Assembly (NCBI RefSeq): GCF_006345805.1
Contig: NW_021836907.1
Location: forward strand, 1 to 20,225
Direction of reading: 5' to 3'
Length of the DNA stretch: 20,225 bases
Source: Octopus sinensis
Lineage: Eukaryota
Shown: positions 10,396 through 19,681 of the stretch, one piece after another
Layout of the letters: each line of letters starts with the position of its first letter
Numbering within the stretch: position 1 is the first letter of the stretch
Position numbers and translations under genes: made by a program
Notes under the pieces: generated by a model
Databases searched by the model: none
Told to the model about the DNA's origin: nothing
The model's input: the letters and a program-made list of their open reading frames with translations, nothing else

Positions 10396-12286
10396 ATGGC
10401 TACAGTTAAAGTTAGCTGTGTAAATATTCGGGGCCTGAGTTCAGCTTCGAAGCAGGGTCACCTACTCAACGATCTCAGGTCCCTAAATTTAGATTTGATA
10501 ACAATTAGTAAGACGAGAATTGTCGGAAAACATGCTCTTGCAACCATTTCCGAAGACTACGAGGTATTCTCATCCTTGTGATCTGTTGGGAGCGGGCGGC
10601 GGAGTAGCAGCGTTATCCCGAAAATCCTTAGGTTTTCAAAGTAGGGACAATCTTCTTGGACCTGGACGGTAGGTTGGTAGTCCTAAATGTGAATGGTGGT
10701 GGTAGCTTTATATTGGTAACCGTGTATTCTCCGACAGGGGCTAGGAGGCCAGATTTCTTCAAGCGTCTAGAAATATTCTGGGAACCACCTGTACTTTAGT
10801 ACTAGTGGGAGACTGGAATAGTATTTTGGACGGGCGGAAGGACTGTGTGGGTTTAGTACATAGAAGAAGAGGGTGTAAAATCTTCTAAAACCTGCTCAGA
10901 AACTTCCAGCATTCTGACAATATCGATTGGATTTCCCCGATGTGCCAGTATAGACATGGGGCAATCACAATGGATCATCCAGATCGTATCTAGATAGATT
11001 ATTTGTTAGATGAGCGGATAAGGATAGTATAGGGTGTCCACAATTCAAAATGGTCGGCTGCACAGACCACAAATTTGTGATCTGCATAGAGAATGGCCCT
11101 TAATCATTTCTTTGAAGCGAAACACAGTTGTTGCATTGTCAGAGATTAGGCCCGTGCGCTAAATCATGAGGGAACTAAAGCCGTCCGATGAGATCGAACG
11201 GTGGAGACGCGATGTGACAACAAAACCATGATCGGGTCTTTGATGGATCGGAACGGGCGCTTGCTAGATGGTTCTGAGCAGATGTGTGCGGCTTTTCAGC
11301 AGCACTTCGCACAACCGCTTGGGAGTAGCGATCGGTCAACGACGGTAGCGGAATTTATTTGGTACCTCGATGACCTGCCGCGGCTGTCTGTTGCGGACGG
11401 GAGTTTTTGCGAAAAGCCGATAACGGCTACTGAAATACGAGAGGCGATGAGCGATTGCACAAGTCAGAAATCACCAGGTTTAGATGGTTTGCCCAATAAA
11501 TTCTGTGTATTCATGCCAGATATGTTTGGCGAGATCTTGGCAGGCATTTACCGCAACTGACAACAGAACGGATGTTATTGCTTGATCAAGTTGGAACGTC
11601 TCCTGTTCATCTTCTTGTGGAAGAGACGCATTCTAATGATCAGGCTGTCAATCTGCTGTCAGCTCCTTCTGAGTGGCGGCTTAGTCTTGCCGTGGTTTTT
11701 GATGCGCTCAAGTTGCGCCACCTGCAACGATTTCTAGAAGGTGAATGTGTGTGGGCTCCGTTTGTGAGGCACGTATTTCCGCAACTCATCCCTTTGACGG
11801 AACTGCAGTCTTGGGTGAAGGATAGACCAAGTTGGGAGCCTGTCGTCACCAGTTGGGCAATAGGATCGGTGGATGTTCCACTTTTTGCTATTTATAGAAA
11901 ATTAGTGGTGGGAAAGTCCGACGACGTCCAAAGGGGACTCTGGTCGATGACGAAGATGACCTAATTAGTCTGTTCCAGCGGACTTTTCGGTCGGAGACTA
12001 TTATAAATAATTTCCAGATGTCCTTGGTTTGGCAGTACTACCGGTGTGTGTGTGGTGTGTGTGTGGTGGGGCACTACCGGTTCGAGATAAACTTTACAGG
12101 CACGGATGTACTGTCAGATGGGCTTGTCAGACGGGTGCACAGTGCGACGAAACAGTCCTGCGTGCCCTCGTTCATTGTCCGGTAATTGCTGACTTGTGGA
12201 ATTATGTTGAACAGCTGCTGTCGCGCGTGGGACGGATTCGTCTGTCATCCGAGTCCATAGTGATGATTGCCCCGCTGCTTTCCTAA
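10396..12286 (+). mobile_element. Tx1/L1-clade LINE ORF2, decayed (APE endonuclease, partial RT, C-terminal zinc-binding region)
   Basis: MATVKVSCVNIRGL...; across frameshifts DLDGRLVVL, VYSP, LVGDWN, SYLDRLFV, TDHKF; then EKPITATEIREAM...KSPGLDGLP; post-RT LFIFLWK...GGL; GALPVRDKL...C..DETVLRALVHC. Multiple stops and frameshifts. 9790-10395 may be ORF1/5'UTR remnant but is not recognisable. Confidence 0.9.
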
Positions 12287-12337
12287 GATGAAAAGCCATG
12301 AGAGACACTGTCTGGTACTGCATCAGAGCATTATTAC

Positions 12338-12393
<56 letters not shown>

Positions 12394-12982
12394 TATTATT
12401 ATTATTATATTATTTTATTATTATTATTATTGAGTGAGAGAGCAGTTCATGCCATCAATTGACACTGGGGTAAAATATACGAAGCCCAATATACCCATCA
12501 TGACTACCCGTCTGATAAGGTACACCAGGCACATGCATCACAACCATATGTGCGCGACATGGTGATCTCATATCAAGATAAACAACACATGACCTTGCAG
12601 GTGGGGCCCAGTTAGAATTTTCTTCAGGTTGAGTAGCCCATCCCGCTCAAACGGTCCCTGAATAAGGTGGTTTTAAGGATGTAAAAGAACCACCCATGTT
12701 TCCAGAGGTGAACTATTCAAACCCCAAAGAATCCCTCTCAACACATGGCTATGATGCTCCCCCACTACTTCTGCTCGTGATCAGTGATGCACATATCGTC
12801 AGCCACTAAGGGACATGCTCAACTGGTTAAGGTCAAACAACTGACAAGCAAATCTGTGGTATTGAGCAGAATATTTGCTGTAGCCCATCTTTTATACCAA
12901 GACAAAACAATGTACATGATAACACTTGCAATCAGTTAAGATCAGAAGCCATGAGAGCCACTGCCTGGTACTGCATCAGGGC

Positions 12983-13045
<63 letters not shown>

Positions 13046-13053
13046 CATTATTA

Positions 13054-13093
<40 letters not shown>

Positions 13094-13623
13094 CATTATT
13101 ATATTATTGAGTGAGAGAGCAGTTCATTCCATCAAGTGACACTGGGGTAAAAGTATCTACAATCCCAATATACCCATCATGACTACCCGTCTGATAAAGG
13201 TACACCAGGCACATGCATCACAACCATATGTGCGCGACATGGTGATCTCATATCAAGATAAACAGCACATGACCTTGCAGGTGGGGCCCAGTTAGAATTT
13301 TCTTCAGGTTGAGTAGCCCATCCTGCTCAAAAGGTCCCTGAATAAGGGTTGCTTTAGGATGTTGAACGAAACACCTATGTTTCCAGAGGTGAATTATTCA
13401 AACCCCAAAGAATCCCTCTCAACACATGGCCATGATGCTCCCCCACTACTTCTGCTCGTGATCAGAGATGCACATATCGTCAGCCACTAAGGGACATGCT
13501 CAACTGGTTAAGGCCAAACAACTGACAAGCAAATCTGTGGTATTGAGCAGAATATTTGCTGTAGCCCATCTTTTATACCAAGACAAAACAATGTACATGA
13601 TAACACTTCCAATCAGTTAGATC
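12284..13623. repeat. Unclassified ~550-bp interspersed repeat in tandem, units separated by (ATT)n
   Basis: 49-bp piece 12284-12332, full unit 12432-12985, near-full unit 13109-13623; the two long units are clearly collinear with scattered substitutions. Confidence 0.9.
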
Positions 13624-13650
13624 TTATTATTATTATTATTATTATTATTA

Positions 13651-13683
<33 letters not shown>

Positions 13684-13806
13684 CATTATTATCATTATTA
13701 TATATTATTATTATTATTATCATTATTATCATTATATTATATTATTATTATATTATTATTATCATTATTATCATTATCATTATTATTATTATCATTATTA
13801 TTATTA

Positions 13807-13852
<46 letters not shown>
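13624..13852. repeat. (ATT/ATC)n microsatellite
   Basis: Direct trinucleotide repeat; similar tracts at 12330-12431 and 12983-13108. Confidence 0.96.
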
Positions 13853-13855
<3 letters not shown>

Positions 13856-13965
13856 GATACTCGACATTATTCCCAACCCCAATTGTCCATTGAGTTGCAT
13901 TGTCCCAATTTTTTTTTGTCTTTGTCCCTTGTGGCCAATGAAGAAATCACTACTATTATAATTAA

Positions 13966-14173
13966 GGAGGCTAGCTGGCAGAATCCTTTCTACCCCAGGC
14001 AAAATGCTTAGCGGCATTTCAGCGATCGTTACGTTCTGAGTTCAAATGCTGACGAGGTCGACCTAACCTTTCATCCTTTCAGGGTCGATAAAATAAGTAC
14101 CAATTAAATACTGAGATCGATGTAATCGGCTTACCTCCTCCCCCGAAATTGCTGGCATTGTTCCAAAATTAGA

Positions 14174-14252
<79 letters not shown>

Positions 14253-14253
14253 A
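13966..14253 (+). mobile_element. Diverged SINE family A copy with alternative 3' end and (ACT)n(GCT)n tail
   Basis: GGAGGCTAGCTGGCAGAA head, GAGTTCAAAT B box, CCTTTCATCCTTTCAGGGTCGATAAAATAAGTACC core, then CCCCCGAAATTGCTGGCATTGTTCCAAAATTAGA and trinucleotide repeats 14176-14253. Confidence 0.82.
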
Positions 14254-14264
14254 CTTAGGTGCTT

Positions 14265-14568
14265 CGGACCAAATGCTTAGCGGCATTTCTTCCGAATCAT
14301 TACGTTCTGAGTTCAAATTTCGCGCAGGTCTGCTATGCCTTTCATCCTTTCGGGGTCGGTGGGATAAGCACTAGGAGAGCTCTAGGGGTCAGTGTAATTG
14401 ACAAGCACCCCCACACCTCTGTTAAAAAGATTTCCAGGCTTGTGCAAAAACAGAAATGGTCATCATCCTCCTCATCATCATCATCGTCATCGTCATCATC
14501 ATCATCATCATTATCATCATTATCGTCATCATCATTATCATCATCATCATCATCATCATCCCCATCGT

Positions 14569-14612
<44 letters not shown>

Positions 14613-14630
14613 TTATCATTATTATTATTT
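14265..14630 (+). mobile_element. Diverged SINE family A copy with (TCA)n(CTA)n(ATT)n tail
   Basis: AAATGCTTAGCGGCATTTC, GAGTTCAAAT, GCCTTTCATCCTTTCGGGGTCG core; trinucleotide repeats 14459-14630. Confidence 0.78.
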
Positions 14631-15159
14631 TGTTGCTTACATATTTCTACCGTTACCCCTGATTGACTGAATGTCAATCGAGTTTTCGTTTTCTCTTTAG
14701 GGAACACCCATGGGGACATTCTAATGACCCGGTGCTTATGTATATTTATGACTGCGTATTGTATATACGCACGTATCTACATACATGCCGGCTTTGAAAT
14801 ATTACATATACATTCTCATATCTCAGATGCCTTCGATAACATCAAGTCGACAGAGGTCCAAGCCTTGTCTAACATTATACATCTGATTAATGAACGCTAT
14901 AATTGGAATTGATTTGCATTGCTCATTCCCGCGCGGAGGATGGGATACAGGATGGAGGGCGGCGGGGGTGTTTTGTATAGCAAAACATATCGTAGAGGAG
15001 GCGGCTTGTCTGGGAATGTGTGCGAGTGTTAGGGAAAAAAAATTGTCAACATGAACTTGGTAAGTTTGAGTATGCTTGGGATTTCGTAGTTGTTCGATAA
15101 GAATGTATACGATGTGTGGTTACATACATGAATACATGCATATTTACACACCTAAATGC

Positions 15160-15166
15160 GCCTGCC

Positions 15167-15197
<31 letters not shown>

Positions 15198-15364
15198 ACA
15201 CGCGCGCATTGTCTCACACATGTGCGTGCGTAACACACACATATACACACCAAAACAAGCACGCTCACATAGACACTCAAATACATATTAGAGCGATATC
15301 TGTCATACAATTCAAACATGATTCTTTCACGTGATTCCTAAGCATACACCCATATATATACTCG

Positions 15365-15410
<46 letters not shown>

Positions 15411-15620
15411 AACACACAGACATGCACACATGCACACACACATACCTCATCACACATTACACAAGAACAACTCAGACAAACACAAACACTCGCGCACACA
15501 CGTGTACACATACGCATACGCATACGAGGGCGCGCATTCCATCCGTAAGCATAAACACGTACATACAGCGATACGCGTGCGCCCCCATGCGCATCACCAA
15601 CATAATATACACACGTACAT
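15160..15620. repeat. Degenerate (CA)n-rich compound microsatellite
   Basis: CA/CG/TA dinucleotide runs. Confidence 0.85.
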
Positions 15621-15780
15621 ACATATCTAAAAGCTGTGAGATGACCATTCCAACAAAAGACATACAGAAGTCCTCTGACACCTCTATGTGACATGTTCGT
15701 ATACATTTGAGATGAGATGTGTGACGTGTAGAGTTCGGATCACTGACGGAGAGTCTAGAGGTAATCGCTAAAAGACTTAT

Positions 15781-16065
15781 TTTTTTCTTTTATCTTGCTT
15801 CACTAATTAGGCAGAGTCCATGGTGGGGCACCGCTTTGGAGAATTTTAGTTGAACGAATCGACCCTAGTACTTCTATTTTGAAACTTAGTTCTTGTACTA
15901 TCGGTCCATTTTGCCGAACTGACAGATTACGGTGACGTAAACGGTGGTTGACAAGCGACGATAGGAGGAGACAAAGACAGACACACAGCTACATACATAC
16001 ATACATACATACATACATACATACATACATACATACATACATACACACATACATACATGCATACA

Positions 16066-16099
<34 letters not shown>

Positions 16100-16121
16100 C
16101 ATACATACATACATACATACA
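15781..16121 (-). mobile_element. SINE family B, diverged 3' half ending at (CATA)n
   Basis: Minus tail GCGGTGCCCCACCATGG...CAAGATAAAAG; + strand TATCGGTCCATTTTGCCGAAC and GGTTGACAAGC match 1276-1340; (CATA)n 15991-16121. Confidence 0.7.
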
Positions 16122-16460
16122 TGGTGGCTGCCCCCTTGTTATCGAGTATGGCCATTGCACGAAGCTTAATCAATGTTGTTATCGTGCCATGCCTGTGCAA
16201 GAAAATTTTTCTAAAGTGAGGAAAGTCTGTGCACTGAGTCAATCCCACTCTCTAAGCAACAACAGCCATAATCCGAAAAGAAGAACAAGCAACATAATCG
16301 GTAACCACTGAACCGCAGGTTTTATGTCAGAGTTATCCCAGTTACCTGAGTTACCTTCTCCTAGAAGGATGCCCTAACAAAGGCTAGGAGTCCTTCACTC
16401 CCAATGGTTTAACCGCGCGATCGGGCATTCAGTCCGATTATTTCTATGTCACCGCGCATG
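16122..16460 (-). mobile_element. RTE-related non-autonomous retroelement inserted in (CATA)n
   Basis: Flanked both sides by (CATA)n; minus strand contains GGGCATCCTTCTAGGAGAAGGTAACTC, resembling the recalled RTE 5'UTR motif GGGCAACC-N-CTAGGAGAAGGAAAACTC; ends in (ATGT)n. Confidence 0.5.
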
Positions 16461-16945
16461 ACATACATACATACATACGCACATACCTGTAATTATTGGG
16501 GCCTTAAGATATGTAACACATGGCATAAATACCAAAACCTTTCCAGAAGTTTATCATTTAAATATATATGAGCATGTCTCGATATGTACCTATTTGCATG
16601 AGAATACATACATAAAGCAAAAATACAAATCTGCACATATACATACAGACATACATAATACGTACATATAAAAATACCGTTGTTGATGTTGAAATTCCGC
16701 TGAAAGAGCCTTGGATCTAGGTTAGAAACCTGCTCTTTCTCTATTGGTAACAAATCTTGAAATAAAACTGAACAATAACATACATATATGTGTGTGCGTG
16801 TGTGTGTACGTGCGTTTGTGTGTGTGTGTATACGTTGAGTATGTGCAGTCGATAATGTTTACAACACTAGCGCTGCTTTTAATTCGTAATTGAATTTAAT
16901 CTTACGTAATTATCGCTGAGGAATACCAGCAAATGGGTCTTACAC

Positions 16946-17441
16946 TACTTGTAATGACATGCATAAGATCTGGTCATCAAATCTAAGTAGAGATTTCAAA
17001 CTTGAAATATTCAAAGCCACAGTCGAACCAATTCTACTATATGGCTCAGAAACCTGGACGTTATCAAAGAAGCTTGAGAGGCGGTTGGATGGAACCTACA
17101 CTCGCCTCCTTATGAGAGCTCAAATCTCTCGTGGAAGCGCCATCCAACCAAAATGCAATATATAGAAACTACCACCTGTGTCATCTCTTGTGAAAGGTAG
17201 GAGAGTCCAGTTTGCTGGACATTGTTGTAGAGCTGAAAAAGAAGTAATTTCTACTCTTCTCCTCTGGAAGCCATCTACTCGCAATACCAGAGGGCGCACA
17301 CTCTCCTACCCTGATGTATACTCCAGGGATACAGGGATCCAGCAACAGGACCTCCGTAATGCCATGATGGACCGTGAAGTCTGGCGTAGCATGGTAAATT
17401 CCATTGTCTCGACCACGGTCGAACAATGATGATGATGATGA
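16946..17441 (+). mobile_element. RTE-clade LINE, 5'-truncated ORF2 C-terminus with (TGA)n tail
   Basis: MHKIWSSNLSRDFKLEIFKATVEPILLYGSETWTLSKKLERRLDGTYTRLLMRA / VSSLVKGRRVQFAGHCCRA...DREVWRSMV; LLYGSETW and FAGH are RTE hallmarks; frameshifted; stop runs into (TGA)5. Confidence 0.92.
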
Positions 17442-17726
17442 CTTGTATGGCGATTCAGTGCATACCCGATTCGTTTTTCGATTCAGGAACGTGATGTTGA
17501 TAAGCCACAAAAATGACGAAATATCGGTATCCGTCTCTTCTGAATGGGATCTGACGCGAGTTATCTTGTCTTTCTATGACTTTCAGGTGTTCTAATACAC
17601 AGTGATAGATAAAGGAATCGTCCCCAAAGCGCTATAACGCAGCGAACCGGCCAACAAGCAAAACATATTCGTTGAGAAAGTGCGGTCCATAATATATATC
17701 TCTGTGTGTGTGTGTGTGTATGTAAA

Positions 17727-17891
17727 TATGACAGGCTTCTGTTAGATTCTGTCTACCGAAACCGCTCACCAGGTTTCGATTCGCTTCATGTTAAAGTAGA
17801 GGACATTTATCCAAGGTACCACACAGCTGGAGTGAACCCAGATACATATGGTTGGAAAACAAGCTCCTTATCACAAAGCCACAGCTGCGCC
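17727..17891 (-). mobile_element. SINE family B, diverged 5' half
   Basis: Aligns with 1435-1598 (GACAGGCTTCT...GAACCCAGA...CACAGCTGCGCC). Confidence 0.72.
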
Positions 17892-18064
17892 TTGCTGAAA
17901 ATAGCTGTCAAATATATCTCAAATCATAACTTAAAGACTTATAAATGGAAAGTCACACGGTTGAGTGATACTAAAACACATGGCAATTCTACCAGTTCTA
18001 CCAATTCTACTACATTCAACGGAAAAACGAGATGGATTAATTGTTTTTATATAAATATCTCCGA

Positions 18065-18255
18065 CCATGGCACTATGAGCAAGTATCTTCTACTTTTGCC
18101 TTAGGTTGACCAATGTGATGTAAGTGAATTTTGTTGACGGAAACTGTGTGGAAGCCCATCTTATATACTTTTATATGTGTGTGTGAGTGTTTGTATTTAT
18201 GTTTGTTCCACCATCACTTGACAACTGGTGTTGCTGAAATCTGGTTCGGCAAGAA
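18065..18255 (+). mobile_element. SINE family B, diverged internal fragment
   Basis: GGCACTATGAGCAAGTATCTTCT...GACGGAAACTG...CTTGACAACTGGTGTTG...GGTTCGGCAA aligns with 8305-8503. Confidence 0.7.
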
Positions 18256-18278
18256 AAAAAAGAGGAAGAAACCTGTAG

Positions 18279-18536
18279 AATAATCTTTTCTACACTAGGC
18301 ACAAGGCCCGAAATTTTTGGAGAGGGGTGCCAGTCGATAACATCGGCCTCAGTAAGCAACTGGTATTTTATTTATCGACACCGAAAGGATGATAGGCAAA
18401 GTCGACCTCGGCGGTATTTGAACTCAGAGCGTAAAGACGGATGAAATACCTATTTATTTATTACCCACAAGGGGCTAAACACAGAGGGGACAAACAAGGA
18501 CAAACGGATTAAGTCAATTATATCGACCCCAGTGCG
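18279..18536 (-). mobile_element. SINE family A partial dimer
   Basis: 3' part of one unit (18451-18536) joined at GAAATA/AAATA|GGTATTTC to a head-less unit with the alternative 3' end (18279-18450). Confidence 0.82.
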
Positions 18537-18564
18537 GGACACACACACATTTATTTAAAAAAAA

Positions 18565-18611
18565 TTTATCTTGTTTCAGCTAACGAACTGTGGCCATGCT
18601 GGGGCACCGCC
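18565..18611 (-). mobile_element. SINE family B-type 3' tail
   Basis: Minus GGCGGTGCCCCAGCATGGCCACAGTTCGTTAGCTGAAACAAGATAAA. Confidence 0.75.
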
Positions 18612-18621
18612 ATTTTGTGAC

Positions 18622-18739
18622 GCTTACAGCACCTAGGTTTCCCAAGCGGTCACCCATCTAAGTACTAACTAGGCTCGAAGTTGCTTAACTTGGGTGATCG
18701 GACGAGAACCGGTGCTTTCAACATGATATGGTCGTATAC
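18622..18739 (-). rRNA. RNA5S: 5S rRNA copy, full length (118 nt), probably a pseudogene
   Basis: Minus GTATACGACCATATCATGTTGAAAGCACCGGTTCTCGTCCGATCACCCAAGTTAAGCAACTTCGAGCCTAGTTAGTACTTAGATGGGTGACCGCTTGGGAAACCTAGGTGCTGTAAGC is typical invertebrate 5S; helix I and II contain mismatches; no oligo-T terminator; single copy. Confidence 0.93.
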
Positions 18740-18822
18740 ACTATGATAATCCATCAGATTTCTATACAGATTTCCTCTACTCGAATTGTATTTTCGGACC
18801 GAGAATGTAAAAAAAAAAAAAA

Positions 18823-18903
18823 GCATTTGCCCAAGATGCCGCGAAATATGATTGAACCCGGGACGTAGTATTTGCAAAGATAGCTTCTTAACTATTTAGC
18901 CAT
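18823..18903 (-). mobile_element. SINE family B head (tRNA-like region), diverged
   Basis: Minus TGGCTAAATAGTTAAG...CCGGGTTCAATC...GGCATCTTGGGCAAATG followed by a T run. Confidence 0.65.
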
Positions 18904-18910
18904 ACTTACT

Positions 18911-19482
18911 CTTTTCTTTTCTATTCTTGGAACATGGCCGAAAATTTTGAAGGATTAGATCGACTCCAGTTCGCAACTTGTTCTTAAGTTATTGACCCTG
19001 AAAGGATGAAAGGCAAAGTCGACCTCGGCGGAACTTGAACTCAGAACGTAAAGACAGACGAAATACCTATTTCTTTACTACCCACAAGGGGCGAAACACA
19101 GAGAGGACAAACAAGGACAGAAAAACGGATTCAGTCGATTACATCGACCCCAGTGCGTAACTGGTACTTAATTTATCGATCACGAAAAGATGAAAAGCAA
19201 AGTCGACCTCGGTAAAATTTGAACTCAGAACGTAAAGACAGACGAAATACCTATTTCTTTACAACCCACAAGGGGCTAAACACAGAGAGGACAAACAAAG
19301 ACAGACAACCGGATTAAGTCGATTATATCGACCTCAGTGCGTAACTGGTACGTAATTTATCCACCCCGAAAGGATGAAAGGCAAAGTCGACCTCGGTGGA
19401 ATTTGAACTCAGAACGTAACGGCAGACGAAATATGGCTATGCATTTCACCCGGCGTGCTAACGTTTCTGCCAGCTCGCCGCC
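18911..19482 (-). mobile_element. SINE family A head-to-tail trimer
   Basis: Unit 1 19252-19482 with full head; unit 2 19068-19251 (184 bp) and unit 3 18911-19067 lack the A-box head; unit 3 has the alternative 3' end. Confidence 0.92.
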
Positions 19483-19644
19483 TTAAAAACAAATTAGCCA
19501 TACTGTGGCTACAAACATATACACAACAAAACAAACACGAATTCACGCCCGTACTCCCGCGCGAGCTGGCACATGCAGGGATACTCAAATATCGCAGTTT
19601 CATCTAAAATAACAGATAAGCAACGAGCGAAATCCACTGTCTCT

Positions 19645-19681
19645 ACAACAACAGCAACAGCAACAACAACAACAATAGCAA
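19645..19681. repeat. (CAA/CAG)n microsatellite
   Basis: Direct trinucleotide repeat. Confidence 0.85.

Noticed and set aside
12037-12081. 9-bp direct repeat ACTACCGGT flanking a TG-rich insert, like a TSD
   Set aside because: Both copies are native Tx1 coding sequence (YYR and ALPV codons); only a small TG microsatellite was added between them.
2-15706. Long ORFs such as MYVC-, IYLS-, HTHT-, poly-I/S/D/Y repeats (e.g. 6869-7609, 5703-6305, 14259-14666)
   Set aside because: Translations of stop-free microsatellites, open in several frames on both strands.
16700-16735. Hammerhead-like layout CTGAAAGA-GCCT/AGGT stem-TAGAAAC
   Set aside because: Core has an extra base, two unpaired bases precede GAAAC, and no stem I can be formed; at most a decayed relic.
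17589-17680. Strong + strand acceptor tctttctatgacttttcag
   Set aside because: All three frames stop within 30 nt and no good donor follows.
18911-19482. Regularly spaced direct repeats resembling a CRISPR array
   Set aside because: Units are contiguous ~184-bp SINE bodies without unique spacers; eukaryotic context, no cas genes.
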